This document shows positions 54,033-64,000 of a stretch of DNA of 64,000 nt, piece after piece. Made by a program: the position numbers and the translations under genes. Under the pieces are notes generated by a model. It worked only from the letters and a program-made list of their open reading frames with translations, did no database searches and had not been told where the DNA came from. Every line of letters begins with the position of its first letter. Positions within the stretch are counted from its first letter, which is position 1. Source of the stretch: Diplonema japonicum (taxonomy: Eukaryota; Protista; Euglenozoa: Diplonemea). Location of the stretch: assembly GCA_964019335.1 (NCBI GenBank), contig OZ025651.1:62001-126000 (forward strand), written 5' to 3'.

Positions 54033-57000
54033 TCACATTACGTTAACTTCAATGACTTCTTCTTCTTCGAGCTGCAGGTCTTGCACTGACCGACTATCGT
54101 CGAATACACCGTCTGCCTCGCTCTCCTCTTCCTGTGGCTCCGTGTCGCTGAGTGACGTTTTTCCTTCGCTCGCTTCCCCTTCCGGCTCATCCCACTCCGC
54201 ACAAGGCTGCGACATTTCAATATCGATAACCGTCGGCTGCGACCGATGTGGCGCGATGAGCGTCGCGTTCGATGGATCCGACGAGGCAGCAAAGGTAGAC
54301 TCGATAGGGTTCGAAGTCTGGAGGGTGGACGACGATGGTGGTTGCGAGAAGTACCTAGAAGGGTGCTCCTGTGTAGGTTCGCCTTCTCTTCCTACTGCGT
54401 CTTTTTCGCGTTGCTCTTGTTTCCGTTTCGACTTCAGGTAAAAACGACGGCCAAGCACAGCCGCCACCACACACAGCAGGAGCATCAAGCACGCCACCCC
54501 TACTAAAATCCACACCCAGTAGTCTACACCAGATGCGGACGAACTCGATGATGGCTGCACGGCCTCAGTGTTGTTCCCCACGCTCTCACTGTACGTGTCT
54601 AAGATGAACAGATCAGCACGCAGGCGCGATCCTGTCTGCGTCACTGCCGAGAGGTATCGTGACGTGAGCTGAGCTGGTGTTTCTGACGACGCGCACGAGA
54701 CAAACGCGAACTGCACCCTTGTCGACCCTGGCTGCGTCGTCAGCACATCCACACACCCCGAAGGCAGTTTCATCAGTGACTCCAACTTGTCCTCAAAATC
54801 GTTATTCTGAAACGTGTCGAGGTCCTGGTCTACCACCGCCACAACGGGGCCTGCTCCACCTGGGTACGTGTGGATGTAAAACACGTAGTCCAAGCTCACC
54901 AACCCCTCCGAGTCGACGAGGTACACCGTCACGCTGCTGGTTCCGCTGCCCTCCCTGTTCGGGGTCATCAGAAGTGTCCCGTTCGCTGTCATCACCGGCA
55001 TTCCGTCCGGTGAGAAGATTCCAGGGTTCCCCACAGACCTCACCTTGAACTCTACTTGCTGGTTTTCATAAGCAGGTCCTCCTGCAATCCCTGTTGCCCA
55101 TGTCTTTGAATACCTCTGTGCGTTGTTGGGGATGTGGATGTCGTGCGGGCCAGGGGTGAAGACAGGCGCATCGTTAATCGGCAGGATCTTGATGAGGACA
55201 GGTTTGAAGGCAGAGCAAGGCTCCCCATTGTTCAATGACCCGCCGTCGTCGCAGGCCTGGATGTTTACAGTGACCTCGCCATTGAAGTCAGCGGCTGGTG
55301 TGAAGCGCATTGCGCCCAACGGGGTTACCTCGACAGGCAGCCCTTGAAGAGCCGAAGGGTTGGACACCGTAGTACGGTACGTAACTGTTTGCTGTGCCTC
55401 GTCGGCAGGTCCTGGAACAGGGTTCCCGACCACGCCCAAGGCCTCCGCCAGCCCACAGTCCTCATCCACTTCAACGGTGTTCTTGAAGACGTCGAACTCA
55501 GGCGGATCATTCACAGGCAGCACCCTCACAGTGAAGTTCACCATCGACGTGTCGATGCCTCCATTTGCCACACCTGCGTTGTCCTTCAGTGTTGCCCACG
55601 CAGTGGTCTCCCCGCTAACATCCTTCTGAGGTCTCACATACAAACCCCCGTCTTCAAAGAGTGTTATCTGGTCCACGAGATTGCTGTTCTCAGGCAGCGT
55701 GGATATGACCTTCACCGTCTGGTCGCTGGTCTCCCCGTTCCCGGGTGAGATCTCCTTCACAAAACGGGATATCAGCAGTTCGGTGTCCTCCGGTACCTCC
55801 GCTACCCCAGCTCCGTTCCCGAATACAACATAAGGCGGATCGTTCACAGGCCTCACAATGATCTTCAACGAGAAGACTGGCGACTCGTCGACACCTCCGT
55901 TGGCAGTCCCGCCGTTGTCAACAGCCTTGACAGTGAACGACGCCTCCCCATGGGCGTCACGCGTGAGGTCGATGAGAAGGTCGCCAGAAGGTCCGTGCAC
56001 CGCTGGGGGCTTTGTGAAGACGCCACTGTTCAATACCGGCCAGGAGACAACGTAGTGGACAGTCTGCCAGTTCTCTGTCAGGGCCCCCGGAGTGGAGTGT
56101 GCCCAGCCTGGTATCGTTATTGCTCCCTGGTCCTCCAAAACGATCACCTCAGACCGGGTGGTGTTCGCCGTCGGGGGGTCGTTCACAGGGAAGATGTTGA
56201 TTGTCACCATAACGGTGTCACTGCTGTCTTTCCCATTGTAGCTCACCCCGCCCGTGTCCTGCAGTACTGCACGGAATACAACTGTTCCGTACTGATCCGC
56301 ACTGGGTGTGAATCTGAGGACACTCTCCCCATTTAATATCGTGACTGTCGGCTCCTCGCCTCCCGCAAAGAGACGCGACACTCCGACATACGGGTCCACG
56401 CTGGCAGTATACAGCCGCACAGGATCGCCGGTCCCGTCCGTCGACGACACCCTTGCATCAACAGGTGTAAGCACAAAGCTGATCCCTTGCGTGTTCTCGT
56501 TTGATGGTCCTGGTGAAACCTTGTTGGCGAAGAGTCTTTCGAAACGCCCGCCGTCCTCAGCCCATGTTACCTCTGTGAACAGTGGTGAGTACGTCGGCGG
56601 GTCGTTCACGTTAAGTACCTCAATTGCGAGAGGTATTTGCGCGGTGACACCGCCTGCATCGCGGATGGCAACGCTGCAGTTCACAAACCCAAACGCGTTC
56701 GGCACCACAGTGAAGGTGACATCGCCTGACGGCCAAGACACCACAGGTTGCGTAGAGAACAGAACAGGACTCGACGGGCATCCTGTTGAGACTACAGCCA
56801 CAGGATCAGGCGACTCGTTGGCAGGACCAGAGTTTAAGACGGACAACCATTTAGCGATCTTCACTGTACCCGAGTCTTCATGCGCAGTGATTGTTCCCGA
56901 CGTGACCGCCGTTGGGGGATCGTTCACAGACAGCACCTGCACCGTGAGGTCCTTGCACGTGGAGTCCACACCACCGTCCGACGTGCCGCCGTTGTCGTGG

Positions 57001-60000
57001 AGGCACACCCTGAACTGCTGTGTGCCCCACGCATCCTTTTCAACCAAGAAGGTCAGCAGCCCCGTCGGTAGCGATATACGAGGTATTTCTGCAAACTGAA
57101 GGGTTTCCCCGCCAACGGGCGTAATCTCAAACCTTAGCTGCTGCTCGGCCTCGTTTCCAGGCCCTGCTGCCACGTCAGCTACACCTATATTGCTGTAATA
57201 CCCAGAGTCCTCAGGGAGGGTTACCTTCGGCGTAAGCATCGTGAAGACAGGCGCATCATTGACGGGTATGATATTGATGGTTACCACCACAGCTTCAGAG
57301 GCAGCACCACCAGAGTCGGTTGCTTGGACCACACCTGTAACTTCCCCGAATTCGTCGGGAGCGGTGGTGAAGGACAAGACCGACGGCGACGGCCACGGGT
57401 CAAACAGTGGCGGGGAAACAAACCTGCTGCGCTCTACGTTCGTCAAGTTGCTGAAGGTTAACTGGACCTGCTGCTGTTCGTTGGCAGCACCAGAAGTTAC
57501 TGACGTAGCCCAGGATGAGCGGTACGCGCCTTGATCCTCGAGGACAACAATATTAGGACCCCTGATGAAAGTAGGCGGGTTGTCCACATCCAGCACAAGC
57601 AACCCAAAGGTTAGAGGGACGCTCCTCTTGACGCCGCCGCGCTCTGTGCCACCGTCGTCAACAAGCACAATGCTGCAGAATGCGTTGCCCGATACCTTCG
57701 GCATCAGGCTGAACATCATCAGCCCCCCTGCGGTCATCTTCGGCCCGTCACTGAACAGCCCATTGCTATCACACGTGACTTCAAAGCTTAAATTCTGCAC
57801 CTGGTCTTCGTCAGCTGTGCCTGCAGTCATACTGGTTGGCTCCACGTACCTGATGAGATACCCTGGGTGCTGCCCGTCCCAGTTCTCAAGCACGACAATA
57901 TCCTTCCCGCTGATGACGTAGTTCGAAGTGAACTGACGAACGACACCTCGGCTGCCGGAGGCACCCGGCACCATGTTGGTCCCTGGGATGACACCGGGGA
58001 AAGGGACTACATTGGCAGAAGGCCCCGTGACACCTTGTGCCCAGAAGAGGTTTGGGTCGAACAGCGCGGTCTGCTCTGCAGTGACCAGGACGACACCGTT
58101 GGAGGTGATGTTCGTGATGGGGACCGTCAGGTTGCGTAGCGTGAAACGCGGGGCGTCATTGACAGGCAGGATTGTGACTATGAACTGTGCTCCAGAGGTC
58201 CCTGTGGGCCCGAAGGCGCATGTCACTGCCGACTTTCCATGCATGTTTTCTGCGGTCACGAAGGTCAAGTCGCCCTCAGGCAGGGCCACACTCGGCTTGC
58301 CATCGAACAGCTCCGGGACGTCTGGCGTGCACCCTATGACGACCCTCCCAGTGTTCGTTACCCCGCCTGTGCGCCCGAGCGAGGAGTTTGCCGCCCATCT
58401 TAACCTGCGCACGATCCCCTCATCTTCAAGAACCACCACATCCTCGCCGGGGGTGAACCTCGGAGGGGAGTCCACGCTGCCAACCGTCATGCTGAACACG
58501 CTCCTTGTGCAGTCAATACCACCGTTCTGCACTCCACCCGTGTCGCATGCCGTCACGAGCATCTCAAGAGGCCTACCTGCTGTGTTCTGATATTCCCGTA
58601 AGGTGTACCGCAGCGTCCCTGTCACAGGGTCGATCGTAGGGGGCACCGTGAACAGGCTCGGGTCACTGACATCAACAATGAAGGTGATAGTCTGGCCGGA
58701 CTCATCTGGCGGGCCAGGTGATATGTTAGCAGCCCATCCAGGGTGCGTGTAGGAACACGATTGCGCAGTATTTGGAATGCACTCTTCGACAGTGAGATTG
58801 GGACCAGGCGTGAAGCTTGGAGGGTCATTGACAGGCAAGATGCGCACCACGAATGTCTGTTGGGGCGACGACTTACGTGGCACACCATTGTCATAAGCGG
58901 TGACCGAGGCAAGCGACGCACCGGAGGCATTGGAAGCAGTGCTGATGGAAAGGCGTCCTATGGTGTTGCCAGGAACTCCCACAAGAGAGGGGTCGTAAGG
59001 GTCGATGGTGAGTGGGGCGCTGAACAAGTTGTCATCTTGGACATCAACATTGAAGGTGACGGGCTGTGAGCCCTCTTCACCCAGTCCAGGAGTCACCCGC
59101 TCTGCCCAGTTTGAAAACGTGCATGGATCTGGGTTGCATGCGTCCTCAAGAACGGTCACGTCTGCGCCCCTCACAAATGAAGGCATGTTGTTGAAAGCGG
59201 TCACAGTTATGAGGAACCAAGCCTCCGTGTAGTCCCTCCCCCCGTTAACCACCCCGCCGTTGTCGATCACTCGCACTGTCACGTTTGCGGTGCCGGTGGA
59301 ACTCATCGTCGGTTCAAATTGTATGTCAGCACGAGACCCACCCGCGTACACCACGACAGGTGTGCCCCCATCAGCAAACAAGCTGCTGTCATTCACAAAC
59401 ACATCGAACCTAATTGTTTGGTGTGACTCGTCAGGCGGACCAGGGGCTAGCCCGTGCAACATCCCCTGTACAGTCTGCGGTCCTGCAGACTTCTCAACTG
59501 TTAAGCTGCTCCGCGTGATGCTCACAAGCGGCGGATCGTTAACAGGAAGCACCGCTATCGTCACAACATGTGTGGCCCCAGCAGTGAGAACTCCCGTCGC
59601 TGGGTTTCTATCGTACAAAGTCACCCGTACTGTGGCTTCCCCTGAAGCTTCCGGGAACGTCTCGAACGTCAAGCGACCCTCAGGTGACATCTCAGGCGAC
59701 AGGGAGAACAGTTCAGCCCCGCTCAGCACCTCAGTTACAAAAACAGGAAGCTGTCCTTCGTATTCTGGGCCAACTCCAGTACTTTCATGCATGGGGCCTA
59801 CTGATATGTGTCTGGCCCATGTTTCATTGTAAAGTCCGGAACCCTCCCCGACAGTGACCCTCAAGGGACCAGGTACGAAGGTGGGCGGGTCATCGACTGG
59901 TGTGATGTACACAACGAGCTGGTGAACGTCACTTTCAAGCCCGAGGGAGTCGACGAGTGTGACGTTCAAGGTGACAGGGCCGCCGAAGGTGTTTTGATCC

Positions 60001-62852
60001 GGCATCGGATGGATGGTCAAATCGCCTGTTATAGGATGGATGGTGGGGAGGGAAGTAAACTTGGCTGCGTCTGCAGGGTCAGTGTAGTTCACCCTGAACC
60101 ACGCCGTCTGCGGGTTATTGGCATCATTGTTTGGTTGGTCTCCCTTAGACCCGCTCCATGGACCCGCACTGATAGAGGTTGCCCAGGAAACAATCACGTT
60201 GCTTCCGGAGTCTTCAATAATCTGTACAACCCCCTTGTCGGAGAAGCTGGGTTTCTTGTTGACGTCAAGGACTTCGATGCGGAGGAGGTTGCACGAGGCG
60301 ACCCTGCGCCGCACGCTCCCGTCCACGTCCTGCCCGCTGTCCCACAGCTGCACCTCTACTGTGGCCACACCTTCCGCGTCTCGCAGGGGCTCGAACTTAA
60401 GATCAGCCACTGTACTGCCTTGCACATAATCGACCAGTGGCTGCGTGGAAAACAGGCCTTCGTTGTCGTTGAAAACACGGAACTCAAGATTTTCTAAAGC
60501 TTCAAATGGTCCAGCTGAGATGTTAAGCCCCCAGCCTGCCACTGTCACAGGCCCAGCGTCTTCCTGCACCACAATGGTTCTATTTGTGCAGTTGAATGAA
60601 GGTGGGTCGTTCTCGGGCACCACCTCTATGACAAGCGACGACGCCACTGACCTGCACCACTCTGATTCCCCAGGGCAGATCTCCGTGGGCTGCGGTACAC
60701 CACTAGGCGACCCACTGTCCACTAACCACACTTCAAACACAGCTGTCCCCCATGCGTTAGGTGCGAGGTTGAAGGTTAGCCGTCCATTGGGGTCAATGTA
60801 AGGCCCATGGGTGAACATCGCGCTGGAATTCACACCAGTCCCGTTCAGCGACCGCAGGCGGAACTCCCTGCTCTGCGTCATGCTATCGCTGCGGCCGGGA
60901 CCCTCGCTATCTGTGATACTCGTTGCCCAGACTTCTGAATACCCCGCAAAACCAGGCCCTGCAACCCACATCATCGACATCGGCAGGTACACCTGTGCAA
61001 GCTCCTCTGACACACGAACACTTCCGCTAGCTGCAAAAGCTGGTGGCAACGGACACACTGAAACTCTGCCCACAGCCACCCCCGCACCCATCCCGGCGCT
61101 GGAATAGTCGATTCCATTGTTGCATGTACAGGTGAAGTCCTGCTGAGCTCCAGTAGACATGTCCGGGTCGTTGCACAACTGCCCTGCAGCAGCACATGCA
61201 TCCACCGCACAGTCATCGCACTGAGCGGCAGGTGCTGCGGTGCCCGTCCCTCCGTTGTTGTCGCAAGTGCACAGGTAGTTCCCTTGAGTAGCCGGGGATG
61301 TATTTGGGTCACTGCACGTCTGCCCCACACCACAAATAGCAGCGTTCATGGCGCAGTCGTCACACGTCGCAGCAGGAGAGCCAACGGAAGTAGCACCAGT
61401 TACGTCACAGGTGCAGACATAGTTGAGCTGGCTTGCTGGCAAACCTCCATCAGGGTCCATGCATGTTTGCCCTGCACCACAGGGGAATGCTGCACAGTCG
61501 TCGCAATCAGTGCCCGTTGGTGCCGCATTGGCAGCTGGCGCCGCCAGATTGGCGTTGTTGTTACACACGCATTCAAAGTTACTCTGCTGTCCTGGATCAC
61601 CGTTGTCAGGATCTCTGCAATACGACACGGAGCCGCACGCAGCAGTGCCTGTCGTTGCTGCCGCAGCACAATCGTCACAGAATGCAGGAGGTGTGCCTGA
61701 CCCGCCGCCGTTAGCGCAGACACACGTGAAGGTGCCTTGGGCCGTCACACTAGGGTCAGGATCGCTGCATGTCCATCTCGCGGGCATCACAGCATCAGTA
61801 CATGCAAGGGCACCTGCAGACCCAGCAGCACAGTCATCACACAGCGGAGCAGCCTGCCTGCTTGCCCTTTGCCCGCCGTTGTTGCACACGCATACGAAGT
61901 TGTTGTTCAGCAAGTTGTCGCCGTCTGGCATCCCATCGTCGAAACACGTCTGGTGCGTACCGTCGCACGCCAAAGCACCTGCTTCGCCGTCTGCACAGTC
62001 CTGCCCCGCGACGACCCTGATGCTGAACGATACCGTCCCATCATCTGCAGTGGAGAGCGGGTCATCGGCGCTATCTAGCACTGTGCAGGTAACTAGTGTG
62101 GTGCCGACACGATTCCTTTCCGGAGTGAAAGTGAGGGCACCCGTTGCTGGGTTGATGGCAGGACCGCCCATGGCCGCAAAGAGGGCCGGGTTAGTTGGCA
62201 CGCAGATGATGCTTGCGATTGTTTGAGCAGCTTCTTGACCGAACGGTACAGTGCCAGCGATGGCCGGGGGAGGCCCTGCGGGGATGGGCACAGACAGCAA
62301 CGGAGTAGTCTGTGCACCTGCGTTCTCAGGGGCGGTGACGGGAGTTGCGGGAAGGCCTGTGGCAGAAGCAAGCGTGGGGAGGGGCGGGTTGTTCACTTCA
62401 TTGATGGTCAGCGTCGTGGTCTGCAGCGCACCCGCCTCACCAGCAGCGTCTCGAATCTGCACCTGGAACGTGACAACACCCGACGCATAAGGGGCAAGCT
62501 CGTAGGTGAGGGTCAAAGAGCACCCTGGCGCAGGGTCACAACCCACGGGCCCAGGTGCCCCAGCAGGTGAAGCGCCTCCCACAGGCACCGACACTGTAGG
62601 CGGGACTGTGAAGAAATTACTGTTTGGTGCAATATTCACCACCACGGCATCCGCAGCAGTCCCCGTGAACCCATCTGTTCCCATGTCTCCATCAAGAAGA
62701 GCTACAATAAAACCATTCACAGTCTGAACTCCTGCAGCCCCTTCACTGTTCACCAAATTCGTGGTCTGCGTAAAGCTCGGCACTATTGCTACCGCGACCT
62801 CAGGCCAGAACACTAAAGCGCATAAAAGGAGGACATGGCTCGGTGGAGCCAT
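54033..62852 (-). CDS. Giant type I membrane adhesin-like protein (2939 aa)
   Basis: Signal peptide; ~17-19 cadherin/Ig-like repeats (VNDxP...V.ED...G.L.F...DxGG); six Cys-rich EGF-like units; TM helix YWVWILVGVACLMLLLCVVAAVL; acidic cytoplasmic tail. Confidence 0.88.
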   Translation of the reverse strand: MAPPSHVLLLCALVFWPEVAVAIVPSFTQTTNLVNSEGAAGVQTVNGFIVALLDGDMGTDGFTGTAADAVVVNIAPNSNFFTVPPTVSVPVGGASPAGAPGPVGCDPAPGCSLTLTYELAPYASGVVTFQVQIRDAAGEAGALQTTTLTINEVNNPPLPTLASATGLPATPVTAPENAGAQTTPLLSVPIPAGPPPAIAGTVPFGQEAAQTIASIICVPTNPALFAAMGGPAINPATGALTFTPERNRVGTTLVTCTVLDSADDPLSTADDGTVSFSIRVVAGQDCADGEAGALACDGTHQTCFDDGMPDGDNLLNNNFVCVCNNGGQRASRQAAPLCDDCAAGSAGALACTDAVMPARWTCSDPDPSVTAQGTFTCVCANGGGSGTPPAFCDDCAAAATTGTAACGSVSYCRDPDNGDPGQQSNFECVCNNNANLAAPAANAAPTGTDCDDCAAFPCGAGQTCMDPDGGLPASQLNYVCTCDVTGATSVGSPAATCDDCAMNAAICGVGQTCSDPNTSPATQGNYLCTCDNNGGTGTAAPAAQCDDCAVDACAAAGQLCNDPDMSTGAQQDFTCTCNNGIDYSSAGMGAGVAVGRVSVCPLPPAFAASGSVRVSEELAQVYLPMSMMWVAGPGFAGYSEVWATSITDSEGPGRSDSMTQSREFRLRSLNGTGVNSSAMFTHGPYIDPNGRLTFNLAPNAWGTAVFEVWLVDSGSPSGVPQPTEICPGESEWCRSVASSLVIEVVPENDPPSFNCTNRTIVVQEDAGPVTVAGWGLNISAGPFEALENLEFRVFNDNEGLFSTQPLVDYVQGSTVADLKFEPLRDAEGVATVEVQLWDSGQDVDGSVRRRVASCNLLRIEVLDVNKKPSFSDKGVVQIIEDSGSNVIVSWATSISAGPWSGSKGDQPNNDANNPQTAWFRVNYTDPADAAKFTSLPTIHPITGDLTIHPMPDQNTFGGPVTLNVTLVDSLGLESDVHQLVVYITPVDDPPTFVPGPLRVTVGEGSGLYNETWARHISVGPMHESTGVGPEYEGQLPVFVTEVLSGAELFSLSPEMSPEGRLTFETFPEASGEATVRVTLYDRNPATGVLTAGATHVVTIAVLPVNDPPLVSITRSSLTVEKSAGPQTVQGMLHGLAPGPPDESHQTIRFDVFVNDSSLFADGGTPVVVYAGGSRADIQFEPTMSSTGTANVTVRVIDNGGVVNGGRDYTEAWFLITVTAFNNMPSFVRGADVTVLEDACNPDPCTFSNWAERVTPGLGEEGSQPVTFNVDVQDDNLFSAPLTIDPYDPSLVGVPGNTIGRLSISTASNASGASLASVTAYDNGVPRKSSPQQTFVVRILPVNDPPSFTPGPNLTVEECIPNTAQSCSYTHPGWAANISPGPPDESGQTITFIVDVSDPSLFTVPPTIDPVTGTLRYTLREYQNTAGRPLEMLVTACDTGGVQNGGIDCTRSVFSMTVGSVDSPPRFTPGEDVVVLEDEGIVRRLRWAANSSLGRTGGVTNTGRVVIGCTPDVPELFDGKPSVALPEGDLTFVTAENMHGKSAVTCAFGPTGTSGAQFIVTILPVNDAPRFTLRNLTVPITNITSNGVVLVTAEQTALFDPNLFWAQGVTGPSANVVPFPGVIPGTNMVPGASGSRGVVRQFTSNYVISGKDIVVLENWDGQHPGYLIRYVEPTSMTAGTADEDQVQNLSFEVTCDSNGLFSDGPKMTAGGLMMFSLMPKVSGNAFCSIVLVDDGGTERGGVKRSVPLTFGLLVLDVDNPPTFIRGPNIVVLEDQGAYRSSWATSVTSGAANEQQQVQLTFSNLTNVERSRFVSPPLFDPWPSPSVLSFTTAPDEFGEVTGVVQATDSGGAASEAVVVTINIIPVNDAPVFTMLTPKVTLPEDSGYYSNIGVADVAAGPGNEAEQQLRFEITPVGGETLQFAEIPRISLPTGLLTFLVEKDAWGTQQFRVCLHDNGGTSDGGVDSTCKDLTVQVLSVNDPPTAVTSGTITAHEDSGTVKIAKWLSVLNSGPANESPDPVAVVSTGCPSSPVLFSTQPVVSWPSGDVTFTVVPNAFGFVNCSVAIRDAGGVTAQIPLAIEVLNVNDPPTYSPLFTEVTWAEDGGRFERLFANKVSPGPSNENTQGISFVLTPVDARVSSTDGTGDPVRLYTASVDPYVGVSRLFAGGEEPTVTILNGESVLRFTPSADQYGTVVFRAVLQDTGGVSYNGKDSSDTVMVTINIFPVNDPPTANTTRSEVIVLEDQGAITIPGWAHSTPGALTENWQTVHYVVSWPVLNSGVFTKPPAVHGPSGDLLIDLTRDAHGEASFTVKAVDNGGTANGGVDESPVFSLKIIVRPVNDPPYVVFGNGAGVAEVPEDTELLISRFVKEISPGNGETSDQTVKVISTLPENSNLVDQITLFEDGGLYVRPQKDVSGETTAWATLKDNAGVANGGIDTSMVNFTVRVLPVNDPPEFDVFKNTVEVDEDCGLAEALGVVGNPVPGPADEAQQTVTYRTTVSNPSALQGLPVEVTPLGAMRFTPAADFNGEVTVNIQACDDGGSLNNGEPCSAFKPVLIKILPINDAPVFTPGPHDIHIPNNAQRYSKTWATGIAGGPAYENQQVEFKVRSVGNPGIFSPDGMPVMTANGTLLMTPNREGSGTSSVTVYLVDSEGLVSLDYVFYIHTYPGGAGPVVAVVDQDLDTFQNNDFEDKLESLMKLPSGCVDVLTTQPGSTRVQFAFVSCASSETPAQLTSRYLSAVTQTGSRLRADLFILDTYSESVGNNTEAVQPSSSSSASGVDYWVWILVGVACLMLLLCVVAAVLGRRFYLKSKRKQEQREKDAVGREGEPTQEHPSRYFSQPPSSSTLQTSNPIESTFAASSDPSNATLIAPHRSQPTVIDIEMSQPCAEWDEPEGEASEGKTSLSDTEPQEEESEADGVFDDSRSVQDLQLEEEEVIEVNVM

Positions 62853-63068
62853 TGCCCCCTGTGCCTTTGATTTGTAGTTTTTTTAGCGACTAGCGAACAC
62901 TCCGAAAGAAAATAGGAACAAAAAGAAAACGGAAAAAAAAAAAGAAGCAAAACACCATATAAATACCTCACTCCCTCCTCTGACTCGGGGGACAAAAAAA
63001 GTCATCTCAAAATATAAAAACATAAAAAAGAAAGCCGACCCCAACGCTCACTGCTCCCTTCATGTCTA

Positions 63069-64000
63069 TTATGCACCTGGAAGAGCAGCGAGTGCCTCAT
63101 CATCGCTGCCATAATCGGGATAGGGCAGGTCAGCTGAGACGGGCGGAGTGTAGACGCTTCGGGGTCGGTTTAAAGCTGGCTTGTCCATTCTGAAAGGAGA
63201 GGAATCAGTGAAGAGAGGCTGGCCGGCTGCGAAGGCTGCGAGGGCACCTGAGGAAGACGAGACGCGGGGGGAGGAGGTGTGCTGGATGAGCGCATCGAAG
63301 GCGGAAACAACATCCTCCTGCGGAGTGGGGGAGGGTGTCCTGGTGGTCAGCCCCACCCCCTCAACAGAGTCTGTGGGTGTCTTTGTCAGGATATCACTTG
63401 AGTACTCAGTTGGGAACACTGCAGGAGAAGACTCCGGCACCGGGGGAACCGCAGCCTGAACCTGAGCCTCAGAAGGAAGCACTTTCGGTGGAGGAGGCTC
63501 CATCACTGGCACTACTGGAGCCGTAACAACCTCAGGAGGAGGCTTCAGCACTGGCGCCACTGCAGCCGTAACAACCTCAGGAGGAGGCTTCAGCACTGGC
63601 ACCACTGCAGCCGTAACAACCTCAGGAGGAGGCTTCAGCACTGGCGCCACTGCAGCCGTAACAACCTCAGGAGGAGGCTCCAACACTGGAACTACCGGTG
63701 CCGGAACAACCTCAGGAGGCACCATCACTGGTGCCACTGGAGCCGGAACAACCTCCGGAAGAGGCTCCAACACTGGAGCCACGGAGTCCATCACAGGCGG
63801 AGGTTCCAGCACAGGAGCAACAGCAGACCCTAGAACTCCTACAACAGGAGGAGGCTCCAGCACTGGTAAAGGGGGAAGCTTACCACCCAAGTCAGGGGGC
63901 GGGGGCAGTGTGCTCACCCCAACATCGGTGGGCTTTGTGGGTGCTGCTGGGAGGTCGTCGGAGAGTTTCTTTCCTGCAACTCTCTCCTCCCGTTCCTCCT
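63069..64000 (-). CDS. Pro/Val-rich repeat protein, 3' part only (frame open to window end)
   Basis: The frame is open from 63998 (EEREERVAGKK...) to the stop at 63069. Confidence 0.7.
   Translation of the reverse strand, partial: EEREERVAGKKLSDDLPAAPTKPTDVGVSTLPPPPDLGGKLPPLPVLEPPPVVGVLGSAVAPVLEPPPVMDSVAPVLEPLPEVVPAPVAPVMVPPEVVPAPVVPVLEPPPEVVTAAVAPVLKPPPEVVTAAVVPVLKPPPEVVTAAVAPVLKPPPEVVTAPVVPVMEPPPPKVLPSEAQVQAAVPPVPESSPAVFPTEYSSDILTKTPTDSVEGVGLTTRTPSPTPQEDVVSAFDALIQHTSSPRVSSSSGALAAFAAGQPLFTDSSPFRMDKPALNRPRSVYTPPVSADLPYPDYGSDDEALAALPGA
63520..63720. repeat. 45-bp coding tandem repeat (~4.5 copies; PPPEVVTAAVAPVLK)
   Basis: Unit GCCGTAACAACCTCAGGAGGAGGCTTCAGCACTGGCGCCACTGCA is repeated near-perfectly. 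Confidence 0.9.

Noticed and set aside
63520-63720. CRISPR array
   Set aside because: The units are contiguous in-frame coding repeats with no unique spacers, in a eukaryotic context.

Overview
This is eukaryotic nuclear DNA, most consistent with a euglenozoan and probably a diplonemid. The evidence is a BILBO1-family gene, about 17 genes all on the minus strand with gaps as short as ~110 bp, and spliceosomal GT-AG introns. The minus-strand cluster encodes a divergent clathrin heavy chain (6 introns), a BILBO1-NTD/EF-hand protein, a PDR-type ABCG transporter, nicalin, a PqaA/AprA-like hydrolase, a PPR+PIN protein, a RING-H2 ligase, a mitochondrial carrier, an LRAT/H-rev107 protein, VPS8 with a LamG insertion, syntaxin-5, an F-box protein, a PH-like/MYND protein, a small EF-hand protein, an OGFr-domain protein, a SCYL2-like pseudokinase, a 2939-aa Ig/cadherin-like + EGF-like membrane adhesin and a partial Pro/Val-repeat protein. 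I resolved 12 very short introns (32-87 nt) by hand; most have A-rich rather than pyrimidine-rich 3' ends. Intergenic DNA is homopolymer-rich. It carries a decayed non-LTR retrotransposon, a 2.1-kb TIR element holding tRNA-like Pol III cassettes, two small TIR elements and a 3-copy poly(A)-tailed SINE-like family. The only plausible plus-strand gene encodes a 99-aa secreted precursor ending in a cationic amphipathic helix, similar in design to antimicrobial peptide precursors. All calls come from reading the sequence; no searches were run.
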